From Thermoplasmatota archaeon (GTDB lineage: Archaea > Thermoplasmatota > E2 > JACPAO01 > JAHFTW01): 64,000 nucleotides of DNA. Shown here in pieces: positions 34,907 through 45,071 of the stretch. The notes under the pieces are model-generated. The model searched no databases, was not told where the DNA came from, and saw only the letters and a program-made list of their open reading frames with translations. Every line of letters starts with the position of its first letter. The stretch's first letter is position 1. The position numbers were made by a program, and so were the translations under genes. The stretch lies in contig JBFIHX010000012.1 of the NCBI GenBank assembly GCA_041601615.1, positions 1-64,000 of the forward strand. Direction: 5' to 3'.

Positions 34907-35818
34907 CTAATCCAGGCGCTTGCCTTCGACCACGGGCGGGCCGCCGTCTGCGGGGCTCTGCGGGCCACGCAATTGCTTGAGGGTGTCCACCATTTGCCGT
35001 TGCAGTTCCACTTGTTCTCGCAGGTATGGCGTCGAGGTAGCTTCTTGGATGAGCCGTTCTAGGAGGTATTTGGTATCGCCGTAGGGGCGCACGCCGGTGA
35101 GTTGGTGGAAGCTGAGGGCGCGGCCGGTGCTGACTTCTTTGCCGCCGCCGGCTGTGACGGCTCCGCCGCCCATTGCGCCGCCTTTGGAGGCTCCTGCGCC
35201 GACGGTGACGCTGGCTTGGCTGGTGTCGTTGCCGAGCCCGAAGCCACTTTGGGTGACGGGGATGAGGGTGCCGTAGTCGAGGATGCGGCCTAGCGGTCCT
35301 TGGCTGCCGTCGAGGTCGGTGATGGCTTCGTACTTGATGACGCGTTCTTTGCGGGTGATGGTGCCACCGACGAAGATGATGCGGAGGTTGGTGAGAGTGT
35401 ATCGGTGACTGAGGCGGTCCGCTTCGGTCCAGAACAGAAGCGGGATGCTGGCGGCGATGAGGAAGGATGGCAGCGCGGTGTCGACGCTGAATTTGGTCGC
35501 GATGGTGAGGCCTACGGCGGCAAGACCCACGGCGACGTACAGGAAGAACCGACGCCAGCGGATGGTCGCAACACTGACGATGGCTCCAAAGAGTGCGAGG
35601 CCGGCGATGGCGTAGACGTAGGCGGCGCCGCTGTTGCCGTACAGGAACGTCCAGACCTGGTACCACTTGCCGGTGTCGGCGGCATTCCACCACTCGGTGC
35701 GCATCAGCCACGCCAGGAACCCGCCCCAGATTGCGGGGAACGCTGCGAGTGTGTAGCGGCCGAGCCAGGAGAGCGGGTGGGGCCGGAGCCTGGTTTCGAG
35801 TTTTTCGCCGGGAAGCAT
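34907..35818 (-). CDS. Membrane protein with bPH_2 domain
   Basis: LRPHPLS; 4 TM; YTLTNLRII...SQGPLGRILDYGTL. Confidence 0.8.
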   Translation of the reverse strand: MLPGEKLETRLRPHPLSWLGRYTLAAFPAIWGGFLAWLMRTEWWNAADTGKWYQVWTFLYGNSGAAYVYAIAGLALFGAIVSVATIRWRRFFLYVAVGLAAVGLTIATKFSVDTALPSFLIAASIPLLFWTEADRLSHRYTLTNLRIIFVGGTITRKERVIKYEAITDLDGSQGPLGRILDYGTLIPVTQSGFGLGNDTSQASVTVGAGASKGGAMGGGAVTAGGGKEVSTGRALSFHQLTGVRPYGDTKYLLERLIQEATSTPYLREQVELQRQMVDTLKQLRGPQSPADGGPPVVEGKRLD

Positions 35819-35868
35819 CCGGGGGTGGGCCACGGGGGGCGATGGTGGCGGGGGGACAATAGAGTTGG

Positions 35869-36852
35869 CTACGCAAAGCGCCGCTTGGCCGTGGCAAGGA
35901 GCAGGGCTGCGAGGCCGAGGAATGCCGCGAGCGAGGCCAGGTTGAGGGCCAGAATCGGCCATTGGGTGTATGCGCGGCCTGCCCATTGCACCGCCACTGC
36001 ACTGGCGAGTGGAATCCAGGCGACGAGGGGTTGAACGCGGCCGGTCCAACTGACGGCCCACCATGCGATGCCGCCGATGATGGCAAGGAGGGTGGCGGTG
36101 AGGGTGGTGGCCCAGAGGACGCGGAATGCGGTCCAGTAGGCTTCGGGGAAGCGGGGGACAAGCAGGAAGTAGGTGCCGTAGAGGATGCCGACGACGAGGA
36201 GCCAGAGGAGGGGGGCTTCGCGGATGGTGGCGCGTAGGACTGCGATGTCGCCTTCGCTTCGTCCTTCGCTCTTGACGTGGCTGGGGCGGGCGGCGGGGAT
36301 GGCGAGCACGGCGAGTAGGGCGATGGTGGCGCCGGCGCCGGTGGCTAGGTCGAGGCCGAGCAGTAGTCGGCCGAGGGCAAGCGGGAAGGTGGTGGCAAGG
36401 TCGAGGATCGCTTGCCATGCGCCGTCGAGGCCGGGGGCTGCGGTGGTGGCGGTGGCGGGGCGCAGGAGGCTTGGGTCGAGGAGCAGGACGGCGACGAGGA
36501 GGATGGCGGCGGGGGCAACAAAGAGGGGGGCGAGGGCGGCGAGGACGAAGGTGATGCGGCCGTAGGGGCCGTTGCGTCGGTGGCGGGGTTTGACGTGGCC
36601 GCTGTCGGTTTTGACGTTGAATTCGCGGATGCCGTGGCCGCCGATGAGAAGGAGGGCTGCGTGGCTGAGTTCGTGGATGAGGACTCCGAACCAGCTGACG
36701 ATGTTGTAGGTGCGGCGTTGCCAGCGTAGGAGTTTGAACATGCCTTCGCGAAGGACGCGGTCGACGGCGAGGGCTTGGATGCGCCAGAGGATCCAGGTGG
36801 CAAGGAGCGGGACGGCGGCGGCGAGGAGCCAGTTGGTCTCGAATGCGGCCAT
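35869..36852 (-). CDS. M50-like membrane zinc metallopeptidase
   Basis: GVLIHELSHA (HExxH) in a multi-TM protein; ALAPL; downstream GD. Confidence 0.8.
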   Translation of the reverse strand: MAAFETNWLLAAAVPLLATWILWRIQALAVDRVLREGMFKLLRWQRRTYNIVSWFGVLIHELSHAALLLIGGHGIREFNVKTDSGHVKPRHRRNGPYGRITFVLAALAPLFVAPAAILLVAVLLLDPSLLRPATATTAAPGLDGAWQAILDLATTFPLALGRLLLGLDLATGAGATIALLAVLAIPAARPSHVKSEGRSEGDIAVLRATIREAPLLWLLVVGILYGTYFLLVPRFPEAYWTAFRVLWATTLTATLLAIIGGIAWWAVSWTGRVQPLVAWIPLASAVAVQWAGRAYTQWPILALNLASLAAFLGLAALLLATAKRRFA

Positions 36853-36856
36853 GGGG

Positions 36857-37456
36857 TCAAGACTCCGGGTTGTGGTCCAGTTCGTCGAAGGGGCGGGCGG
36901 GGGCGCGGGCTTCTGGTGGGTCGTCGATGACTTCGAGGTAGACAGGGACGCCGGTGCCGTCGTAGGCGCGCCAGGAGTCCATGTCGTAAGGTTGGCAGGC
37001 GATGAGGTGGATGGTGCCGTTGGCTTCGAAGAATTCGAAGTCGGCGTCGCTGGGGTAGGGGTGGGGGTCGGGGTGGCTGTGGGCGGTGCCGCGGATGGTT
37101 TTGTCGACGGGTTGCATCCAGGTGTTGATGATGGCGTGTTCGTCGCCTTGGATGGTGGGTAGGAGGATCAGTTCGGTGACGGTGTCGCCTTCGACGCGGA
37201 GCATGGCGGCAAATTCGAGGGGGTAGCTTTCGGCGCCGCCGCCGAGGAATGCTTGTAGGCAGCCGCGTCGGATATGGCGGACGGTGGGGTGTTCGAAGGT
37301 GTCGCGGCTCCAGGTTTCCCAGTGGGCCCAGTATTCGTCTTCGGTGCAGTGTTGCCACCAGTGTTCTTCTTCGTCCTCGGTCCAGGTGTCGCGGGGTAGG
37401 GTTTGGTAGTTTTCGCGGATGGTGCGCCAGGTGCCCTTGGGTTTGCGTCGGAACAT
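36857..37456 (-). CDS. JAB1/MPN (Mov34) metalloprotease
   Basis: YPLEF...GTAHSHPDPHPYPSDAD JAMM motif. Confidence 0.88.
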   Translation of the reverse strand: MFRRKPKGTWRTIRENYQTLPRDTWTEDEEEHWWQHCTEDEYWAHWETWSRDTFEHPTVRHIRRGCLQAFLGGGAESYPLEFAAMLRVEGDTVTELILLPTIQGDEHAIINTWMQPVDKTIRGTAHSHPDPHPYPSDADFEFFEANGTIHLIACQPYDMDSWRAYDGTGVPVYLEVIDDPPEARAPARPFDELDHNPES

Positions 37457-37473
37457 GGGGGGGTGTGCTCCGT

Positions 37474-38367
37474 TTACCGGGTGAGTTTGGTTCGGACGCG
37501 TTCGTAGAAGCCGCTGCCGAGGCGTACGAAGAGGGCCATGTGGCCGCTGGGGGCGACGCGGACGATGCTGCCGGTGTCTACGTCGTGGCCTTCTTGGCCG
37601 TCGATGACGACGCGGGCTTGTTGGATGCCTTGGGCGGAGTCGCGGGGTAGGAGGTGGATTTCGACGGTGGCGGTGCCGGGGACGACCCAGGGGCGGCTGG
37701 CGAGTTTGAAGGGTGCGATGGGGGCGAGGATGGTGCCTTGGACTTTGGGGTGGACGAGGGGGGCGCCGACGCTCATGGCGTAGCCGGTGCTGCCGGTGGG
37801 GGTGCTGACGATGAAGCCGTCGCCTCGGAAGATGTCGAGGACTTCGCCGTCGACGCGGACTTCGAAGCGAATCAATTTGGCGATGCGGCTGGTTTGGAGG
37901 GTGACTTCGTTGAGAGCGTCGCTGAGGCGCACGTCGTCGAGCCAGGCGCCGAGTTTGGGGCGTTCTTCGATGGTGAAGTGGCCTGCGAGTACGCGTTGGA
38001 GTCCTTCTTCGACCATGGGTGGGTCTACTTCGGCAAGAAAGCCGACGGCGCCTGCGTTGACGCCGAAGACGGGCTTGGTGCAGCGTTGCATGGTGTGGAG
38101 GATGGTGCCGTCTCCTCCGACGGTGATGAGGTAATCGCAGCGTTTGTCCAGGTCGGTGAGTTCGTGGACGGTTTCGCCTTCGGCGCTGGCGAGTTCTGTT
38201 TCCCAGAGCACTTTTTGGCCGAGGTCTGCGAGGATGCCGGCGATGCGTTCGGCTTCGAGGCGGACGTGTTGGATGCTGCCTTTGCCGACGAGGCCCCAGG
38301 TGAGGTTTTTGCTGGCGCTGGGTGCGGCTTCGTGCATGCGGCGTAGGCTTCCGTCGACGCCGCGCAT
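37474..38367 (-). CDS. nadK: NAD kinase
   Basis: GGDGTIL, GVNAGAVGFL, ALNE, GDGFIVSTPTGSTGYAMSVG. Confidence 0.95.
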   Translation of the reverse strand: MRGVDGSLRRMHEAAPSASKNLTWGLVGKGSIQHVRLEAERIAGILADLGQKVLWETELASAEGETVHELTDLDKRCDYLITVGGDGTILHTMQRCTKPVFGVNAGAVGFLAEVDPPMVEEGLQRVLAGHFTIEERPKLGAWLDDVRLSDALNEVTLQTSRIAKLIRFEVRVDGEVLDIFRGDGFIVSTPTGSTGYAMSVGAPLVHPKVQGTILAPIAPFKLASRPWVVPGTATVEIHLLPRDSAQGIQQARVVIDGQEGHDVDTGSIVRVAPSGHMALFVRLGSGFYERVRTKLTR

Positions 38368-39179
38368 TAGGTTTCCTCCAGGAACATGGGGAGGGATGAG
38401 GGGTCGTGGACGGCGAGCACGCCGGTGCGGGCGTCGAGGGTGAACGGGGTGTCCAGGTCGATGCCGGTGGCGGGGTGCACGACGCGGCCACCGGCTTCTC
38501 GGACAAAGAGGGTGCCGGCTGCGATGTCGATGACGCGGAGCCAGTCTTCGGGGGCGTCGAAGGCGTCGAGGGCGCCGGTTCCGACCAGGCAGAGTTCGAG
38601 GGCGGCGGATCCGAGGTCGCGGATGTGGTGTTGGCGGCGTTGGAGGCTTTCGACGGTGGCGAGGTCGGAGTAGTCGGCGAGTAGGGCTACGAGTACGTCG
38701 TCGGGGTCGAAGGGGCGGCGGGTGACTTTGTGGCCGTTGACGCGGGCGCCGCCGCCGGAGATGGCTTCGTAGCGTACGCCGCTTGTGAGGTCGCGCACGA
38801 CGCCTACTTGCAGGTCCCAGAGGGAGTTGGTGCCGATGCCGATGCTGGTGCAGAAGAAGGGGATGCCTCGGCTGCTGTTGCGGGTGCCGTCGATGGGGTC
38901 GATGACGGCTACGAGGTCTCCTTCGCCGACGGCGCCGGCTTCTTCGGATAGGATGCGTACTCCGGCGTCGCGGGCTACTTCGAGCATGGCGGCTTCGACG
39001 TGTCGGTCGGCGCGGCTGGTGGGGGTGCCGTCGGCGCCCATGGCGACGTTGTCGCCTCGGTCGGCGCGGTATTGGACTTCTTGCCAGGCATCGTAGGCGG
39101 CGTCGGCCAGGGCGTGTGCGATGCCTAGGGCGTTGGTCATTGGGCGGGGGACGGCGTGGGAGGCCATGAAGGTGGTCAC
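38367..39179 (-). CDS. Inositol monophosphatase/FBPase family (possible NADP phosphatase)
   Basis: MGADGTPT, LSEEAG, IDPIDGT, GSAALEL, DIAAG..FVREAGG. Confidence 0.9.
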   Translation of the reverse strand: MTTFMASHAVPRPMTNALGIAHALADAAYDAWQEVQYRADRGDNVAMGADGTPTSRADRHVEAAMLEVARDAGVRILSEEAGAVGEGDLVAVIDPIDGTRNSSRGIPFFCTSIGIGTNSLWDLQVGVVRDLTSGVRYEAISGGGARVNGHKVTRRPFDPDDVLVALLADYSDLATVESLQRRQHHIRDLGSAALELCLVGTGALDAFDAPEDWLRVIDIAAGTLFVREAGGRVVHPATGIDLDTPFTLDARTGVLAVHDPSSLPMFLEET

Positions 39180-40750
39180 TCGGAGCCGGCGGTGGGGGCT
39201 TCGTCGTTCTCGTTGGCGCGGGCTTCCGCGTGGGGGTCGGGGCCGAAGAGGGGCGCGGGCGGCAGGAGTCCTTGATCCTTGGCTTCCTGTACGGCTTTGC
39301 GTCGGTACCAGAAGAAGATGGGGAGGCCTGCGAGCACGACGCCGAAGGAGAAGAGGCGGTTGAAGTTGGAGCCGCCGAAGTTGGCGATTTGGTCGTAGAT
39401 GAGGTAGGCGACGAAGGTCCAGGCGACGAGGGCGTAGGCGATGGGTAGGAATGGGTAGAGTGGTACCTTGTAGGGTCGGTGTAGGTTGGGGTGGGTGCGG
39501 CGCAGGACGAGGAGGCCTACGGCGGCGAGTCCGTAGAAGAAGAAGGAGATGAACACGACGTTGTCGGTGAGTTGGTTGAAGTCGAAGAAGAGCAGGAACA
39601 CCACGGCTAGAAGCGCTTGAAACAGGATGGCCCAGCCGGGGGTGCGGTGGGGGCTGAGGCGTTCAAAGATGCGCGGGAAGAGGCGGTCTTTGCTCATGGC
39701 GTAGTAGATGCGGGGGCCGCTCATGGTGATGCCGTTGAGGGCGCCGAAGACGCTGACGAGGATCATGACCGCCACAAAATTGCCGCCGTTTGCAAACAGT
39801 TGGCCGGCGGTGTTGGTGGCGACGGTTTTGGCGTTGTCGTTGATGCCGGCGGCGTTGGCGTCGGCGAATCCTTGGTAGCCGAGGACGTTAAGGTACCCGA
39901 GGCTGACGAGGATGTAGAGGATCATGACGGCGACGAGTCCAAACAGCATCGCTTTGGGGATGTTGCGGCCGGGGTTTTTGAGTTCGGAGCCGACGCGCAC
40001 GACGTTGGTCCAGCCGTCGTAGGCAAACAGCGCGCCGACCATGGCGACGGTCAGGAAGAGGCCAATGTCGAAGCCGTGGTATGCGGTGTCGGTGCCGGCG
40101 GCGTCGCGCAGGGTGTAGTCGGCGGCGTGGAAGAAGTCGATTTCGGGGGTTGCTGCGGCGCCGAAGTACGTCAATGCGAACAGGGCGAGGAGCACGATGA
40201 GGAGGCCTTTGAGGGCGGTGAAGGCCATTTGCACGCCGCCGCCGTATTTGACGCCGTAGTAGTTGATGAGGGAGAGGACGCCGATGAGGCAGACGGCGAG
40301 CACTTGCGCGGTCGTGATGGTGATTGGGCCGGCGGACAGAAGAATTTCGGGGGTTGGGTCGGGGGTGAGGACGAACAGTTGTTCGGCGAAGATGATGGCG
40401 AGGGCGGCGGCGGAACCGGCCAGATTGATGGTGAATGCAACCCAGCCCGACAGGAATGCGGCGAGGGAGCCGAGGCCTTCTTTCAGGAATACGTATTCGC
40501 CGCCGGCTTTGGGGAAGATGGTGCCAAGTTCGGCGTAGGTGAGGGCGCCCATGAGGGTCATGAGGCCGGCGACGACCCAGAGGACGACGATCATCCAAGG
40601 GCTGCCGGTTCCTTGGGCGACGCGGTTGACGCTGAGGAAGATGCCGCTGCCGATGACGATGCCGACAATCATGGAGACGGCGCCGAATAGGTTCAGCTCT
40701 CGCCGCATGGTGCGGGTTTGCGGTGCCGGTACGGCAATTTTGGCGGCCAT
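39176..40750 (-). CDS. APC family amino acid permease
   Basis: IGSGIF, YAELG...AGGEY, FAYDGW, ELKNP, PRIYYAMS, RPYKVPLYP. Confidence 0.93.
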   Translation of the reverse strand: MAAKIAVPAPQTRTMRRELNLFGAVSMIVGIVIGSGIFLSVNRVAQGTGSPWMIVVLWVVAGLMTLMGALTYAELGTIFPKAGGEYVFLKEGLGSLAAFLSGWVAFTINLAGSAAALAIIFAEQLFVLTPDPTPEILLSAGPITITTAQVLAVCLIGVLSLINYYGVKYGGGVQMAFTALKGLLIVLLALFALTYFGAAATPEIDFFHAADYTLRDAAGTDTAYHGFDIGLFLTVAMVGALFAYDGWTNVVRVGSELKNPGRNIPKAMLFGLVAVMILYILVSLGYLNVLGYQGFADANAAGINDNAKTVATNTAGQLFANGGNFVAVMILVSVFGALNGITMSGPRIYYAMSKDRLFPRIFERLSPHRTPGWAILFQALLAVVFLLFFDFNQLTDNVVFISFFFYGLAAVGLLVLRRTHPNLHRPYKVPLYPFLPIAYALVAWTFVAYLIYDQIANFGGSNFNRLFSFGVVLAGLPIFFWYRRKAVQEAKDQGLLPPAPLFGPDPHAEARANENDEAPTAGSE

Positions 40751-40942
40751 CAGCCGGAGACGATGGCGGTGCGTGGCTCTTCATGGTTTTCATCCAGGAG
40801 TCAGGAGCTCTGCTGTGGTGGGGCGCAAAGGTCGACGAAATGGATCAAGGCAAACGGCGGGAGGCGGCCGGCCGCTCAACGAAAGGGGAACGAGAAAGGA
40901 ATGAGGTTGTTCGAAACGCTCGAACCGGTCGCGGGAGCGGAT

Positions 40943-41215
40943 TTAGTTGAGCCAAACCCAGCCGGTGCAGAAGAAATCGCCTTCGTATGGCCCGTATTGC
41001 TGGCCTTGCGGGCACATCATCGGGGGTAGGAGCGCGTAGCCGACGCCAACACAGGCGTGGCCGTCGTTGGAAACGCCGACGCCGAAGGGGCCCACGGGCG
41101 TCCAGTCGGTGCGCTCGTAGCAGGGCTCGTTGTGGTCGGCGCTGGCGACGGGGGTCGCCACGACGGCCAGTGCGCACACGATGAGGGCAGAGAGAAACAT
41201 GGATTTGCGTTCCAT
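40943..41215 (-). CDS. Small secreted Cys-containing protein
   Basis: Signal ending PVASA; 4 Cys in the mature ~62 aa; pyrimidine tract downstream (40880-40906). Confidence 0.65.
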   Translation of the reverse strand: MERKSMFLSALIVCALAVVATPVASADHNEPCYERTDWTPVGPFGVGVSNDGHACVGVGYALLPPMMCPQGQQYGPYEGDFFCTGWVWLN

Positions 41216-41322
41216 AAAGTGGCAGCCTGGAGGGGCTGGATAGGCCTTTTTCGGGACAAGTGGAGAACCATTGGTGTCTCGGAACGCTTTATCAGGGCCA
41301 CTCCTTGCGCGCGAACGAGACC

Positions 41323-41709
41323 ATGAAGGAGCAGACCGAAGCGCGGATGTTGAAGGAAGGGCGCTACATGCTCATTGACGACGAACCGTGCAAGATCGAC
41401 AGCATCAGCAAGTCGAAGCCGGGCAAGCACGGCGCCGCTAAGGTCCGCATCGAGGGCCGCAGCATCTTCACTGGATCGAAGAAGACCTACACTGGCAGTG
41501 TGACGGACAAGGTCTGGGTTCCCGCTATGGATCGCCGCAGTGCTCAGGTGCTGTCTGTGCGTGACAAGGTGGCCCAAATCATGGACAGTGATTCGTTCGA
41601 GACTTTTGATCTTGATATTCCTGATGATATGTCGGATGTAGAGGCAGGCAAGGACTGCGTGTACATCGAGGCCATGGGTCGGCGCATGCTGACCAGTGTC
41701 CAAGTCTAA
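41323..41709 (+). CDS. eif5a: Translation factor aIF5A
   Basis: SKSKPGKHGAAK hypusine loop; TTTATC box ~30 bp upstream. Confidence 0.96.
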   Translation: MKEQTEARMLKEGRYMLIDDEPCKIDSISKSKPGKHGAAKVRIEGRSIFTGSKKTYTGSVTDKVWVPAMDRRSAQVLSVRDKVAQIMDSDSFETFDLDIPDDMSDVEAGKDCVYIEAMGRRMLTSVQV

Positions 41710-41710
41710 G

Positions 41711-41733
41711 CTGGGCGATCTCGGCCCAGTTTT
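41711..41733 (+). terminator. Hairpin plus T-run after aIF5A
   Basis: CTGGGC-GATCTCG-GCCCAG-TTTT. Confidence 0.5.
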
Positions 41734-42085
41734 GCACTTCGGCTGTCGTCATCGAGAGTTGGCGAACCTGCGACGTGATTCGATGCCACGTTCAGCGGCG
41801 GCTCTTGGCAGCGCCCACAATTCCTGAATCGGCTCCGAGTGTGCCGTTTCCCTGAGCGCTGGCTGGTTTCTTTCGGGATTTCGGCGTGGGCTTGGGGCTC
41901 TTGCTCGGAATCGGATGCGTCTCGGTCTTGAACGCTCCTTATCGCACTCAAATCCCTTTCTCTTTCCCCGATCCTATTTTTCCTCTTCGTTCCATGTTTT
42001 TGTACTTTTGGCGCCGGTTGGGGAACCACCTTTTGAACATTGTGTGGTGTGTCTCATATACCACCGGGAACCAAAGGAGCAGAAC

Positions 42086-42376
42086 ATGGAGGACCGTGAA
42101 TCCTTGGCGCGTGCTGTCCTCATGCGGTTTGCTGAGGCGCCGGGCGCGGCGCTTCTTGCCGCACTTCGGGGGCTGTGTTCTCGTGAGGAGTTGGAGCGCA
42201 GTCGAATCTCCTTGCTTCGTCATTTGGAGCGGGAGCCTTGGGTGGTGGCGCTTGACGCGGTGGCCAGGGAGGAGTGCGCGGCGTTTGGGTTCCTGGCTCG
42301 TTCGGAGGCGCGCAACGCCGGTTTTCTCGTGCCGTTCGATGTCATGGGCATGGATCGGGTGCTCTCGAAGGCCTAA
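42086..42376 (+). CDS. Hypothetical protein
   Basis: AGGAG SD before ATG 42086; helical 96-aa ORF. Confidence 0.55.
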   Translation: MEDRESLARAVLMRFAEAPGAALLAALRGLCSREELERSRISLLRHLEREPWVVALDAVAREECAAFGFLARSEARNAGFLVPFDVMGMDRVLSKA

Positions 42377-42399
42377 AGTCGCGGCGTCGGTGCCCGTGC

Positions 42400-43224
42400 A
42401 TGGCGCGATTCTACGACGTATTGGCCGAGAGTGCTCTGCGGGCTGGATCGTGGCTTTGTGTGGGGCTGGATCCGGATCCGGAAAAGTATCCTGCGGGCCT
42501 GGACGCGGAGGACACGAGCGAGTTTTTGCTCGGCGTCATTGAGGCGACCGCTGAGGTGGCGTGTGCCTTCAAGCCGAACGCGGCGTTCTTTGAGGCCCTC
42601 GGGTCGCTTGGTCAGGAGGCATTGGAGGATGTGGTGGCCGCTGTGCCGCCGGGTATTCCCGTGATCCTGGATGGCAAGCGCAACGATATTGGCAACACGG
42701 CGCGCAAGTACGCGGAGGCGGCCTTCGAGGAATTGGGCGCGGACGCGGTGACGGTTACGCCGTATCTGGGCTTGGACACGGTGGCTCCTTTTGCCGAGTA
42801 CGAGGAACATGGTGTCTTTTTGCTGGCACGAACGAGCAACCCGAGCGCTGGCGATTTCCAGGATTTGCCCGTGGATGCTGCTGGGACGCCCTTGTATCAG
42901 GCCGTGGCGCGCAAGGCGATGGAATGGAACAAGGATTTTGGCAATCTTGGCCTCGTTTCGGGCGCGACGTACCCGGATGAGTTGGCCACTCTGCGCACAC
43001 TCGTGGGCAACGATGTGCCGCTGTTGATTCCCGGCGTGGGTGCCCAGGGCGCCGATGCGAGGACGACGCTTTCTCGCGGCGGCGACACCACGGGTCGATT
43101 CGCCGTTGTCAACGTGGGCCGAGCCGTAATGTATGCCGGCAGTGGCGACGATTGGCATGCGGAGGTGGCTGCTGCGGCGCGTCGTTTTGCCGCGGACCTT
43201 GCTCCTGTGCCGGCGATTTCGTAG
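42400..43224 (+). CDS. pyrF: Orotidine-5'-phosphate decarboxylase (type 2)
   Basis: LCVGLDP, FKPNAAFFE, ILDGKRNDIGNT, RTSNP, LIPGVGAQG. Confidence 0.95.
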   Translation: MARFYDVLAESALRAGSWLCVGLDPDPEKYPAGLDAEDTSEFLLGVIEATAEVACAFKPNAAFFEALGSLGQEALEDVVAAVPPGIPVILDGKRNDIGNTARKYAEAAFEELGADAVTVTPYLGLDTVAPFAEYEEHGVFLLARTSNPSAGDFQDLPVDAAGTPLYQAVARKAMEWNKDFGNLGLVSGATYPDELATLRTLVGNDVPLLIPGVGAQGADARTTLSRGGDTTGRFAVVNVGRAVMYAGSGDDWHAEVAAAARRFAADLAPVPAIS

Positions 43225-43239
43225 GCGTCTGCGTTTTGC

Positions 43240-44124
43240 TTAGCTTCGCGCACTGGTGACGGTGAAGTCCTTCTTTTGCATGAGGGCGGCACCGAAGCTG
43301 CCCCAGAGCACGATCCAGGTTCCAAGCAGCAGCAGCGACAGCCATACTGCGATGCCTGCGTTCCATTCGGGGAGCGCTTGCTGGACGAGGTTGGCGGCGG
43401 CAAAGGAGACGGTCATGATGCCGGGGCCTGTTGCGTCTCCTGCGATGCCAAAGGGGAGTTCCCAGGCTAGGTACACGATGAGGTTGGCGAGGAAGTGGAA
43501 CCGGGTGGCTACGAGGCTGATGAACCCAAACAGGGCGGCGAGTCCGGCTCCGAGAAGGGGCGCTGCGGTGAGTACGCCGGCTGCGATGCGGAATGCGATC
43601 GGGCCGCTGGCGGTGGTCACGTCGATGGTTGCTCCGCTGGAAACATAGTCGCGGCTGATGAGGTATTGTGCGTCCTGGTACCAGAGGTTCCATTCGATGC
43701 CCAAGAACGCGGCAAACAGAATGGCTTGAAACAGCGCGAGTCCTGCGGTGGCGAGGATGACGGCGGCGAGCCGGCTGCGGTATTGGGTGGCGCGGCGCAC
43801 GGGGCGCACGAGTAGGTAGCTGAGGGTGCGGTCTTCTACGTCGTCGGCAAGCATTCCGCCTGCAAGCAGCAATGCTACGAGGGGGACGGTTCCGGCAAGC
43901 AGGAAGAAGCTCGCGCTGACGCCGTCGCCGTAGTAGTACTCCGGTTGGGGTTGGTTTGTGGCGCCGGGGCCGTTGTCGGGTGTGTCGCCCATGGAGAGCG
44001 AGGTGTCCACCAACAGCAACGCTCCGAAGATGGCGGGGAGGCAGCTGAGAATGATGGCGAAGAGGAATTTTTTGGAGTGCACGAGGCGGCGCAAGGAGAG
44101 GCGGAAGCTGGGTCCGTGGATCAC
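43240..44124 (-). CDS. ABC-2 type permease
   Basis: DDVEDRTLSYLLVRPVRR; 6 TM; GTGA overlap with the upstream gene. Confidence 0.85.
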   Translation of the reverse strand: MIHGPSFRLSLRRLVHSKKFLFAIILSCLPAIFGALLLVDTSLSMGDTPDNGPGATNQPQPEYYYGDGVSASFFLLAGTVPLVALLLAGGMLADDVEDRTLSYLLVRPVRRATQYRSRLAAVILATAGLALFQAILFAAFLGIEWNLWYQDAQYLISRDYVSSGATIDVTTASGPIAFRIAAGVLTAAPLLGAGLAALFGFISLVATRFHFLANLIVYLAWELPFGIAGDATGPGIMTVSFAAANLVQQALPEWNAGIAVWLSLLLLGTWIVLWGSFGAALMQKKDFTVTSARS

Positions 44125-45071
44125 GCATTCACCTCCCCGGCAAGGTAGTCGAAGACACTGTCGAGGTCGGCGTCGAGGGTGCGCAGGCCGCCGATCTTCC
44201 ATGCTGGTGTTGCTTGGTCATGGAACTTCCCCAAAAAGTCGCGAAGGCGCAAGGTCAGGATTTCGATGGCGTCGGTTTGGACGGTGACGCCTTCGACGCT
44301 GTCCCAGCCAAGAAGCTTGGAGCCAAGTTTGCGCGCTTCTGGGGTGGTTATGCGGATGCGGCTGGGCACTTGGCCTAGGTTGTCGCGGACTTCTCGCACG
44401 TCGCCACGGGCCACGAGTCGGCCGCCGGAGAGTACGGCGACGTCTCGGGTGAGCCGTTCGACTTCGGGCAGGATGTGGCTGCTGACGAGGATGGTGCAGC
44501 CTTCTCGTGCGAGGCTGCGGATTCGGTCTTGGATGCGCCGGCGTGCTAGGGGGTCGCAGCCAAGCAGGGGCTCGTCGAGCAGCAACAGTTCGGGTTGGTG
44601 CAGGAGTGCTTGGGCAAGTTTGACGCGTTGACGCATGCCTTTGGAGTAGGTCTTGATGCGGCGGTCCATGCCGTCGGCGAGCCCGAGGGCGGTGAGTTCT
44701 TCTTCGGCGGCTTTGCGGGCTTTTGCGAGGGGCATGCCGCCTACTTCGGCAAGGCGGGCGACGAATTCGGGCCCGGTCATGTCCTCGTAGAAGGCGTCTT
44801 GTTCCGGCACGAAGCCCATGCGGCCGAGGACAGCGGGGTTGTCCCAGATCGGTTGTCCAAACGCCCGGACGGTGCCGACAGTGGGGCGAACGTGGCCGGT
44901 GCAGACTTTCATGAAGGTGGATTTGCCGGCTGCGTTGGGTCCGACGAGGGCGGTGATGCCGCCGTCCAATTCGAGGCTGACGCGGTTCATGGCGACCACG
45001 TCACCGTAGCTTCGGGTGACTTCGTGGAGGTGCAGCACGGGCGCGGTGCGGGGTGATTTGGTGGGGCTCAT
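44121..45071 (-). CDS. ABC transporter ATPase
   Basis: GPNAAGKST, YSKGMRQR, LLLDEP, SSH. Confidence 0.93.
   Translation of the reverse strand: MSPTKSPRTAPVLHLHEVTRSYGDVVAMNRVSLELDGGITALVGPNAAGKSTFMKVCTGHVRPTVGTVRAFGQPIWDNPAVLGRMGFVPEQDAFYEDMTGPEFVARLAEVGGMPLAKARKAAEEELTALGLADGMDRRIKTYSKGMRQRVKLAQALLHQPELLLLDEPLLGCDPLARRRIQDRIRSLAREGCTILVSSHILPEVERLTRDVAVLSGGRLVARGDVREVRDNLGQVPSRIRITTPEARKLGSKLLGWDSVEGVTVQTDAIEILTLRLRDFLGKFHDQATPAWKIGGLRTLDADLDSVFDYLAGEVNA

Noticed and set aside
34857-36161. 535-aa ORF-track protein
   Set aside because: Only the last 100 aa (TFS) are real; the upstream part is an off-frame shadow of the bPH gene. The same applies to the long N-terminal extensions on priL, the JAMM gene and the ABC permease
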